Below, one piece after another: positions 13,750 through 24,088 of a stretch of 64,000 nucleotides of DNA. The DNA comes from Zootoca vivipara. Lineage: Eukaryota. Both the position numbers and the translations under genes were made by a program. The first letter of the stretch is position 1. Each line of letters starts with the position of its first letter. Location: contig NC_083282.1 in the NCBI RefSeq assembly GCF_963506605.1, positions 17,484,001 to 17,548,000 of the forward strand. The letters run 5' to 3'. Below the pieces are notes generated by a model. It saw only the letters and a program-made list of their open reading frames with translations, was not told where the DNA came from and searched no databases.

Positions 13750-15830
13750 CACATTTCCGCCGTTTCGCCAAGATTGGAAATCTGGTCGCCTTCCCCGCGG
13801 AAGACCCTCCCGGACGAACGGCAGAGGGCGCAGTTTCTATTCATATCTAAGTTTGATCTCCTTTCCCTCTTCTAAATATCTCTTAATTGGTTACTGCGGG
13901 GAGGGGAGGGGGTAGCGGAGAAGAGGAAACGCCAGAAAAGCACAATAATTCTGCTTGCTACGGAAATGTGCATCTGAAGATAGCTGCGTATCAAAAAAGT
14001 ACACAGGCAGATAGACAGATGAACACCCGCTTCCTCTGAGCAAGCCACAGCGCTGCATCCAGATCCAATGCCACCGGATGCTCCCCACTTTCCATCCCTC
14101 CAACCCGGGATAGAAAATAAAAATAATAAAGCATCCCCTTCAGGTAGCCGCGTAGCCCTTTGCACGGTGGAAGGGAAAGAGGACGACGCAGCAGCCAGTT
14201 AGGTGGGAAAGTCCCAACAACAAACCTCGGATGGGATCTCGTGCCTCTGTGTTTGGCCAACAGCGAAGTTTCCCCCGGGCAGGCTGCGAAAGGGTCCTCG
14301 ATCTTTCCAGCTCTGGGATCTTAAGCAAGCGAGCCGAAGTGGGGAGAAACCTAGTTTTGGGGTGGGGAAGTTTATCCCTTTCCTCCCTCCCTCCCTTCGC
14401 ACAGCGCCGTCTGGAGGGCGGGCAACGGGCGGGCTTGCGTGGAGAGCGCGGTTTTACTCACCGTGCAGGGCGACCACTACGCGCGTCGGGCAGGAGAAGA
14501 CGCCAAGGCCGAGGAACTGGGCGCAGCCTTCGCTCGGGACCCCCTTGGCGGGCGCAGGAGCCTCCGAGGCTGCAGTGCCTCTCCGGCAGTGCAGAAACGC
14601 TGAGGGGAAAAAACGAGGGCTGCACTCACTGGCCGCTCTTCCCGCGTGCCGTTGCCGCCACCGCCACTCTCCCTTCGCAGGCGAGTAGCTAACAAAGTTA
14701 CACCTCACGCCCCCCAAAAAGAGAGACTTGCGCGAGCGAGGCAAGGGAAAGCAAAGCGAGCCTTAGGCTGAGGCTGGGCGCTCCCCGTGCGCGGCGCCCG
14801 GCGGGGATTAGCCACTCCTCTGGCGCGGCCACTTTGGAGCAGCAGCAGCAGCCCAGCTTGGCTAACAGCGGGGCGGGAAATCCTGAGGCAGAGGGAGGGA
14901 CCTGGCTCGGACACAGGTGGCGAGAAGGGCGGCGCGGGAAGACGGCGTCCCTTCAGGCGTCCCTCTCCGCTGGGACTTTCCCGCCCTCCCCCGCCGGCTT
15001 TTCCCTCAGGCCACAGCACTTCTTGGCGTCAAACTTTTGGCGGGCAGGCGCGGGGCGCGCGCTGCTCGCCCGCCGGCCGCGGCGGCTCCAGGTGGCGCGG
15101 CTGCTCCCGTCGTGGTGGTGGCGGCGGTTGTCGCTGCGGGACCCCCCCAGCTTTCATTTTATTTTCGGCCGCCGACGTTGAAGGTGCTCGGAAGGGACAT
15201 AAATCACCGCAATTAGCCTTGGCGCCGACGAGAGCCTCCTCGCCTCTCCCAGGGCCCCGCCGCCGCCGCTTCCGGGGCGCGTCGCGGCGCTCCAGTCAGA
15301 AATGTCACTGCACATCAGCGTCGACGGCGAGACGCGGGGAAAAGTCCATCGGATGAAATATACATGCAACACACCCCACCTCTTCTCTCTCTCTCTCTCT
15401 CTCTTGCTTTTGCAGGACTGCAAATTCTCCTTGGGTACTACTCCTACCGGCAGCTCTTGGGCGCTCGCTCGCCGCGGCCCCTGCAGTGGCGAAAAGAAGC
15501 TCGCAAACTTAAGGACAGGACGCGATCAATGCGAGAGGGAGGGCGGGCTGCGAGGAAGGCGCAGAGGGGGTGGCACCGCCGTTTCACTTAAAAGCAATCT
15601 GCTCCTGCAACTGGCAACGACGAGAGAGATTGCGAACCTTATACCACCTCCGGACCTGAGCGCGCCGAGCGGTCCTAACGCCGATGTTATCATCAGCCGG
15701 CTCCATCTCCCCTCTACTTTTTTTGCTTACCACCCACAGCGTCTCCAGCACCTACCACACCCCTCATTCGCTCTCTTTAACAACGCACAGGTGTTTTCTA
15801 ACACGCACGCACGCACGCCCCGTTAAAGTC
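13750..15830. promoter_or_regulatory. CpG island, probable NTNG1 promoter
   Basis: ~2 kb GC-rich, CpG-dense stretch with GC boxes against CpG-depleted flanks, ~7-9 kb upstream of the coding exon on the gene strand. Boundaries approximate. Confidence 0.88.
14462..14700 (-). other. NTNG1: Candidate non-coding exon 1 of NTNG1 (3' end set by donor; 5' end unknown)
   Basis: Consensus donor CACG|GTGAGTAA on the minus strand at 14462/14461, inside the CpG island. The 14700 boundary is a placeholder. Confidence 0.5.
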
Positions 15831-16059
15831 GTATTATCTTATTAAGAATTAAGGCTGATTGCTGCAAAGCTGGGTGGGTGGGTTTTGTGGCCCTTCGGCT
15901 GTTGTTGGCCTCCAACTCCCATCAGCCCCCCAGCCAGCTCAGCCAATGGTCAAGGGGGGTGGGAGTTGCAGCCCAGCAACAACGGGAGGGGAGCAGCTCC
16001 CCCACCACCACCTCAGGTGTAAATGGCACGTCACTTCCAGGTAAAGTTAGTGATTCCCA

Positions 16060-16351
16060 AAGGTTGAGGGAGTTGGGTAGGTTTAGCCTGGGAAAGAGGA
16101 GATATAATAGCCACCTTCAAATTTCTAAAAGGAAGATAGAGCAAGCCTCTTTTCTCATCCACAGTAGGATTTGAATCAATGGCTTACAAGAAAGGAGATT
16201 CCGACTAAACACCAGGAAGAGCTTTCTGATAGAAGAGCTGTTGGACAGTGGGACAGCTTTGCACTGGAAGTTTTAATGACGGATGGATGGCTGTCTGTCA
16301 TTGATGCTTTAATTGAGATTCCTGACCCCTGGGGTCCCTTCCAATTCTATG
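16060..16351 (+). mobile_element. Old CR1 3' fragment
   Basis: RLRELGRFSLGKRR-like codons; ends GGTCCCTTCCAATTCTATG. Confidence 0.75.
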
Positions 16352-18706
16352 CAACCTGAATCTTGATCATCACCACTCCTTGATCATGTAGGCTCTTCAT
16401 AGTTCCCTGAAACATTTAAGGTGTTTCACACTTTGCTTTAAAAATCCCGGCACTAAAATGAATGCCCAGCACTGTCACTTGTGAATGGTGCACTCGTGTA
16501 TAAATCCCCAGGGTTTTCTACATTTAACACTAGCAGTCACCTAGAAAGGGGCTGGGCCACACCTTGCCTGTTTCCTTGCGCTGGTGTATGTGTCTGCACC
16601 CTTTGTGACTGATGGCGTCATATTGACATTTGCTCTGATTGGTTTTATGTGACGTGATGAAAAATTTTGAGGCGACAGCCTGCTTCATATAGGGATTGTT
16701 TTTTCTTTAAAGAAATAGGTTGTGTAGGTGACAATAGAGAATAGCACAGCTGAAGCGAAGTTCTTTAATGTCCCTGTGATTTCACTGGAGAGGACATGCC
16801 TAGCTCTTTCACTGAAACCAAAGGCACACCTATGCATTTATCTCAATGGTAGTGCATATATTAAGCATTTTTCAACATTCAAATTCCAAAAATGAGGGGT
16901 GCTAAAAAGTTGTAACATGACTTGGGAACTCAAAAGCTGTGGTTAAATTAATACAATTTAGTTTTGTTTGGTAAGTAAATTGTGTGTAAAATTGCATAGA
17001 AATCCTTAAAAATGATAGCCAAGTACTTGCAGTTATATTATATATTAATATGTATCATCCTCATCATCGAGCATTACCTAACATTTCCAAAAAGAAAAAT
17101 TAAAATTATTTGGTTTTCTGATAGCAGTTTATGTGCTTTCTCATCAAATGCAGACTTACCAAGCTGAATGTTGTCCAGTCAGAAAAAATAAAAGCAGATT
17201 TGAATTTCTCACACTCTAAAACATATTTTTTAGACTGAAGAAATTTGCAAAAATAAAGTTACACCCCCTAAAATGACATGACCTAAGCAGGAGTCCCAGA
17301 TTCAACCCCTGGCAGGTAGGGTAGGGAAGACTCCTGTCTGCAGCCCTGCCATCTCTTGTTGACAATACTGAGCGTTAAGACTCGCAAGCCTGAAATCCAA
17401 AGAATGTGTGTTGCTCATTTACCATAGAGTATTACTGGTGATCCACTTTATTTAGAATATTCCTATGACACCCTTCAGTTCAAAGCTCTCAAGGCAGCCA
17501 TTATCCACATTATCAGTCAAGAATACAACAGAATAATACCATTCCTGCTATAATTGTGAACTCAAGTGGTTGAATGCCTATTGTCTGGAAGCGAAATTGG
17601 GCCACCCAAAAGTATGGTAGTGGCTTCTGAATACTCGGTACTAGGGGTGCAGAAATGCATAACATGACATTCGAGGGCAGGGGGGAAACCTTGTGTGTCA
17701 TGAACGTGTGAGCTTACAGAATGCCAATTAATTGAGGGGGGCCCCCTTCTAAATCAGAGGTGGGGAACCATGCCGGCTGGGGCTGATAGGAGTTGAACAC
17801 CACCTCAAAGGCCACAACTTCCCCATCCCCATTCTAATTAAACCAGAAGATGGACAGATTTTGTTCATCTTATCAAAGGCAAAACCAGACCTGCCAGGAA
17901 CCAAACATGGCCCATAAGATTGTTACAAGGAATCAGGGCCCCATTCATGTTTCTCCCATGTAACTGTGGCAGAATCATTTTCTCACAGCATGGTTGACAT
18001 AGATCCATTGTCTTTCACAATCTCTTGATGGCTACTACCTCTCTGGATGTGTTAGTAATCATTCACCACTATGAACTTCACATTCCCAAGATACATACTG
18101 GTACATAAATGTTCACATGTTGATCATATTATACTGAGCTTAACTTCAACCCTCTATCATAGTGAACTTAAATTCCAGACTTCTGCAAACACCTTTTGGC
18201 TGACATTTAGGTATACATTTGGCAGTACATGGCATGTTTGGGCTGACTTCCTCCTCACTACGTTTATGGCATCCCTTAAAATAATAATATTGTTCCCAAA
18301 TCACAGTGACCCTAACTGTATGTTCTTGGCCTCGATTCTTATGTATTTCCTGAAAGTCAAACACATTTTTCTTTTCTTCCTTGACCAGCCAGATTTGCCT
18401 CCCTTGGTACTGACTCCCTTGGTCCATGCACCAGCAGTGCATACTTGCATATTAGCAAAGCAAACCATTTTGTTTGCTACAACTGAAGCAAGAAAAATCA
18501 GCATACAGCTAACCTATGTCACATATTTTAGTGGCACTTTCCTACAACTTAGCCAGTTCTACAGAGGGAGAGAGTAGTTGGCAGTATGTTGGGGCAGTGG
18601 CGCTTACCTAACCTCCTGACAGCTGAGCTGCTGCTGCTTACTGGGAGGGTGAGGGGCGAGGTGGCAGAGCTTGGCACAGTGCAAACATACCAGCAGGGCC
18701 ACAAGA

Positions 18707-18733
18707 TTGTGTGTGTGTGTGTGTGTGTGTGTG
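18707..18733. repeat. (TG)n microsatellite
   Basis: Direct reading. Confidence 0.95.
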
Positions 18734-19835
18734 TAGGGCCCCAGGCAGTGGTGTGCATTGAAATTTTTCATAGGGAAACAGGGCTAGAGGCACCAGCTGG
18801 CGAGGGCAATGGGGGCCGCCTGGCACACACGTGAGCATCGTGCCTCCCTCCCTAAGTCTGGAAGAAGTTTCCTGGGGAGGTGCCTGGGGATCATTTAGGG
18901 GAGTGTCCTAGTCCATTGACCACTCACCACTGACTTCAGGAGTACAGAGATGCATACTTCCATAGAGCACAGCTGTATCAATGGGAGAGTGGGTCAGGGA
19001 AACAAGGCAAGTTTTGCTCTCACCTCAACAGTGTCCCCAAGCACAACACTTTACTGTTTCCCATAGGAAAATCGAGGATGGCAGCCTTGATTTTGGTGTA
19101 GCTTGCTTCAGGATTTTAGCTGCTGTCTTTGTTCTCAGCCAGGTTATAGCAAAGCTGTATCTATGCTAAGTGTATGTGTCAGAGTGGATTATGGGAATCT
19201 TCTCACTTCCCAGAAGTACCATAAATAAATAATAAATAAAAATGCTAGGTTAACTATTCCAAGCTTGCTCTTTGTGTCTCAAAGAACAACACGGCACATG
19301 ATTGCTATATGGTACTATAACACCCAAGGAGTGGGGACTGCATTAAGAAAAGGTGTTGGAAATGAAGGATAGGATATTAATGGTCATCAGTTGTACCTCT
19401 GACCCTGACACACTTCCATCTCAATTCAACAACAATAGTTCGAGAAGAAAAAGGCAACAGCTCATGTCCCTGGCTCCCAGGGCTGAGCTGGCTGAGTTGA
19501 TTCCCCATTGATTTATTTTGCCCTAACTCAGCTCCCAATTTGCTCAATCAATAGGCGATTATTTGGCTATTGATCCAGGCCTGTGTTTTTAGTGCCTGCA
19601 ACAGCTTTATTTGCTGCTCCCAAGGGAAGACTGGGGAGTGACCGGGGGGGGGGGTGCTAGAGAGAGAGAAAAATGCCTTAATCCAGTGGATACAGGATTC
19701 TGCAGGAAAAAAAATGTCTGCCTGGAATAGTTGGGACAAATAAGAGTTCTGTAGCACAATAAAGACTAACAAAATATTTGCCTTCTACCTCACAGATACA
19801 CACATACAGTGGAACCTCGGTTTATGAACACCTTG

Positions 19836-20263
19836 TGTCACAGGGGCCGGAGTGGACTACTTCAGAGTAACGACGCTACGCAGCTCTGCATTTTATTCTT
19901 TTATTGGTGCTGCGTATTTACAGTGCTCAAGTCATTGCTATTTACACGGAGTGATGTGGTCAGTCGGTTTCAGAACCTCCTAATGGCTTTTGGCGCGTCT
20001 TTCTCCAACACAAAAGCTTTGGCAGACCCATCCTCTTTCCCCTCCTCTTTCTGCGTAATTCCGGAGTTGGGGGGATGGGTCTCCCGCCCTTATTCGCCCC
20101 TTCCTGTCCCACCTGGGACCCTGGCTCCTCTACCTTGCCTGAGCCTCGGACACGACTTCCTGCTTCCCCACTGGAATCGGAACTCTCTCTGCTTCCCCCT
20201 GTGCTCGGGGATTGGCTTGAACTTAGGAGGGGAGGGACTTCGCGATATCCCCTGTCCCTCACA
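19836..20263 (-). repeat. 3' LTR (428 bp)
   Basis: Direct repeat of 25226-25653; AATAAA at 19900-19905 and 19892-19897 (minus strand). Confidence 0.97.
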
Positions 20264-20402
20264 TCCACCCCCCTCCCAAGCTCTCCTTCACCCCTCCCCA
20301 GGTCCCCCCCAGGTGTCGGTGACGACTGGAAGCCTAAGAACTCAGTGCTTTCCGAGCCCGTTGGTGTGAACACCTCCCCCCAGTCCTGCAAGCCCCCCCC
20401 CC
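19960..20402 (-). CDS. Inferred C-terminal extension of integrase, through the PPT into the 3' LTR
   Basis: ORF 19960-20391 begins with a second copy of the 19-aa motif that ends the upstream frame and stays open for ~100 codons inside the LTR; contains RRKRRGKR. Confidence 0.7.
20264..20277 (-). promoter_or_regulatory. Polypurine tract (plus-strand primer)
   Basis: GGGAGGGGGGTGGA immediately before the TG of the 3' LTR. Confidence 0.9.
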
Positions 20403-21985
20403 TTCCGCCTGGGAGGACGGGAATCCCAAAAAGTCTGTGGCGTCAGAGCTGGTGGGGGTAAAAATGTTCTGCCAATCTGCTCCTTCCTCTGACTGGGTGG
20501 ATCTCGGTGACACCCATACCTCATCCTCTGGTTCCTCAAACTCCGCTTCCCAGCGCCATGGTGAACTGCTCTCCCGTGCTTCCTCCCCCTCCCCCTCCCT
20601 TTCCATGTGCCAGGGCTTGGGTCTATGGGGAAAAAGGGCGTGAAATTCTTCTACCAGGAATTCCTCCTGTATCTGAGTGGCTGGGACCCATTCATTCTGG
20701 GACGGTGGAGCATCCTCCCATGCCATGAGGTACTCCAGGCCCCCCACCCCCCACCTTGAATCCAGGATGGCTGTGGCCTCATTGAGTTGCTCCCTGCCTT
20801 CCCTCTCCCCCCCTCCCTCAGGGGTTTGTTCGCTGTCTCGGAGCCTGCTGCTTTCCCTGTACGGCGACAGCAGCGATCTATGAAACACTGGGTGCACCCT
20901 CATGTCCTCTGGCAGTGCCAGCCTGTATGCCACCGGGTTGACCTGTTGCGTGACCGTGAAGGGACCCAACCTTCTGGGCGCCAGCTTTTTGCATCGCCCT
21001 CTGATGGGAAGGCCCTCCGAGGACAACCAAACTTTGTCCCCCACCCTAATGACCTCCCCCGGTCGCCTGTGGCGATCTGCCCCCCTCTTGTACGCTTCCT
21101 TGGCTCTCTCCAAGTGTTCTCTGAGCTGCTGGTGCACCGTCTCCAGTTCCTCTGCCCAATCCTCAGCCTGTGGGCCCTCCTCCTCCTCCTCCCCCTCCCT
21201 CTCAGGGAAAGATCTGAGGTCACGCCCGTAATTGGCCTTAAAGGGCGACACCCCTGTGGAGACGTGCACCGCATTGTTGTAGGCAAATTCTGCCAGTGGC
21301 AGGCGATCCACCCAGTCCGTTTGCCTCTGGCTGACGTAGCATCTCAGGTACTGCTGCAGAATGGCGTTGACCCTCTCCGCCTGTCCATTGGTCTGCGGGT
21401 GTCTAGCCGTCGACAAGCTGACCTCCACCTGCAGGAGGTTCATGAGCCGCCGCCAGAACCTGGAAACAAATTGGCGGCCACGATCCGAAATAACCCTTAA
21501 GGGTAATCCATGCAGTCTGAATACGTGGTCAACAAACAGTTTGGCTGTCTCTTCTGCCGAGACCGCCCTGGCACACGGTATAAAGTGGCACATTTTGGAC
21601 ATGAGGTCCACCACCACCAACACTGCGGTCTTGCCCCTGGAAGAAGGCAGATCTGTGATGAAGTCCATGGACACCACTTCCCACGGCCTGTGTGGCGTGG
21701 CTAAGGGCTCCAGCAATCCCGGTGGCGCTGCTCTGACCACCTTTGCCCGCTGGCAGGTGTCACAGCCCCGTACATAGTCTCGAACATCTTCCCGCACCCC
21801 TGGCCACCAGAAGTGTCTCATGACTAGGTGAGTGGTTTTGTCCCTCCCAAAATGACCCGCCGTTGGGTTGTCGTGCATCTGCTTGAGGACCGTACGTCTA
21901 AGCTGGGTGGTGGGCAGGTACAGTGCACCCTTGTAGAAAAGCAGCCCCCTGCGTTCTGCAAAGTCTTTTGCCTGCTCCCCCCCCC
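20393..21985 (-). CDS. Pol part 2: integrase (HHCC, DDE, GPF) plus chromodomain
   Basis: HDNPTAGH...CDTC; SMDF, SDRG, QAERVN; LGPFTV; chromodomain EATAILDSRW..LEYLMAWEDAPPSQNEWVP..LVEEFH (~20613-20783). Frame breaks in the G10 run at 20393-20402. Confidence 0.96.
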
Positions 21986-24088
21986 TCTCAGTTCTCTGAA
22001 GATGCGGTTGGCAAATTCATCCGCTGCCGTCAGTGCTGTGAGTTCTACCTCGCTCACCACTGCTGCTCCGCAGGACCATGCTGACGGGGGGAAAACGTGC
22101 CTGGGTGCCGGTGGCGCCTCCTCCTCCATGTACTCTGGCTTGCGGGAGAGGGCATCCGCCCGGACATTCTGCTCTCCCGGGATGTAGTGTATGGAGAAGT
22201 TGAAGTTCGAGAAGAACTCTGCCCACCGTATCTGCCGCTGGTTGAGCACCCTGGCAGTTCTCCAGAACTCCAGGTTCTTGTGGTCGGTGCACACCTGGAT
22301 GGGGTGCTTGGCGCCCACCAGGAAGTGTCTCCAGTGCTGGAACGCAGCGTGGATCGCCAGAAGTTCCCGATCAAACACTGTGTAGTTTCGCTCTGGCTGA
22401 GTCAATTTCCTGGAGAAGAAGGCACAGGGTCTCCACTCTCTGTTGGCGTCCAGTTGCAACAAAATGGCGCCCACAGCTCTATCAGAAGCATCTGTTTCCA
22501 CGCGTAGGGGCGCGTCCTGAACCACGTGGAACAGGTTCTGGTCTGAGGCGAACACCCTCTTGAGGCTTTCGAACGCTGCTTGCGCCTCTGGTGTCCACCT
22601 GAACTTCTGCTTGCCTCTCAGGCAGTCAGTGATGGGGGCCGTAACGCGAGAGAAGTTCTTGATGAACTTCCTGTAGAAGTTGGCGAAGCCTAGTAGGCGT
22701 TGGGCATCTTTGCGAGTCCTGGGGCTGTGCCAGTCCAGGATGGCCTGCACCTTGTCCTTGTCCATCGCCAGCCCCTTGTCTGACAGCTTGTAGCCCAGGA
22801 AGTCCACCTCCTTGGTGTGAAACTTGCACTTCTCCAGCTTCACATACAGGTGGTTCTCCTTCAGGCGCTGCAACACCTCCCTGACATCTTTCACGTGCTG
22901 CACTGGGTCGTTGGAGTAAATAAGGATGTCATCCAGGAAGACCAAGCATTTCCTGAAGAGGAGGGACCCCAGGACGTGGTGCATGAAGGCCTGGAAGCAT
23001 GCTGAGCCCCCTTGCAACCCGAAGGGCATCACCAGATATTCAAAGGAGCCCAGAGGCGTGAACATCGTGGTTTTCCATTCATCGCCTTCCCGGATCCTGA
23101 TCAAGTTGTACGCCCCCCTCAGGTCTAGCTTGGTGAAAATCTTGCCCCTGCGTGCCGCTGTCAGGAGATCATCCACTCTGGGCATGGGGAAAGCCACTGG
23201 CTCTGTTACCGAATTCAGGCGTCTAAAATCCACCACAAGACGGCGCTGTTGCGTGTCTTTCTTGTCCACCCAGAAGACCGGGCTGCCCCCTGCTGCCTTG
23301 CTTTCCCTGATGAACCCCCGCTTGAGGTTCTTGTCGATGAAAGTGCGCAGATCTTCCAGTTCCTGGTCTGACATGGCGTACAGCTTGGCTGGGGGTATAG
23401 TTGCCCCTGGCACCAGGTTGATCTGGCAGTCAAAAGGCCTGTGTGGGGGTAGGTGGTCGGACTCCGCTTCGCTGAAGACCTCCTGCAGGTCCCAGTACGG
23501 CTTGGGTATCGCTTCACCCCCTTTGACGTGCATGGTGGCCACCGTGGCTATCGGAGGCCCCTCCCCTGGTTGGTGCTGCATGCAATGTTCCAGGCAAAAG
23601 TCCGATCCAAAAGTGATGCATCTCTGGTGCCAACTTATGGAGGGGTCATGGCGCGCCAGCCAGCTCATGCCCAAAACGATGGGGGGGTCTGAGATGGTGG
23701 TGACGTTGAATGCCAGTGTCTCTGAGTGCCTTCCAACCGTCATTCTCATGGGGGGGGGGGTTTGATGAGTGATGGCCCCTCCCAGCAGCTCTCTGCCGTC
23801 AATGGTTGCCACGTGCAGAGGAAAATCCAGCTGCAGAAGCTGGATCTGGTGCTCTTCTGCAAAGTTTCTCGAGAAGAAGTTCGCTGATGCCCCACTGTCA
23901 ATTAGGGCGAGGACTGTCAGGGGATAGCCATTTGGAAGCGTGAGCGTCACTTCTAGAACCACTCCTGCTCTGGGAGGGGTGGGCTGGCTCTGCTCCTCTC
24001 TGTGCGGGTGGGTGGGCTGGGGCTGTTGTCTGCTGACTGTGCCTGGCTGCCGCCCCTTGTCTCCTGCAGCCAGGCTTTCCCGTTTCCC
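21977..24088 (-). CDS. Pol part 1: aspartic protease, reverse transcriptase, RNase H
   Basis: ALIDSGASANF (PR); RLVVDFRRLN, KLDLRGAYNLIRI, VMPFGL, FLDDILIYS (RT); ETDASD, DRELLAI, TDHKNL, ADALSR (RH). Frame breaks in the G9 run at 21977-21985. Confidence 0.97.

Noticed and set aside
14203-15826. Several 100-190 aa ORFs in the CpG island
   Set aside because: Arg/Gly/Pro/Ala-rich, overlapping on both strands, no recognisable domain; expected from low stop-codon frequency in GC-rich DNA.
18071-18577. 168-aa ORF
   Set aside because: No recognisable homology or splice context; probably chance or a decayed repeat.
19960-20391. Possible env-like third ORF
   Set aside because: No signal peptide, transmembrane segment or ATG start; better explained as a frameshifted continuation of integrase.
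20787-23765. Long plus-strand ORFs (237 and 279 aa) inside the retrotransposon
   Set aside because: Antisense shadows of GC-rich pol codons with no motifs.
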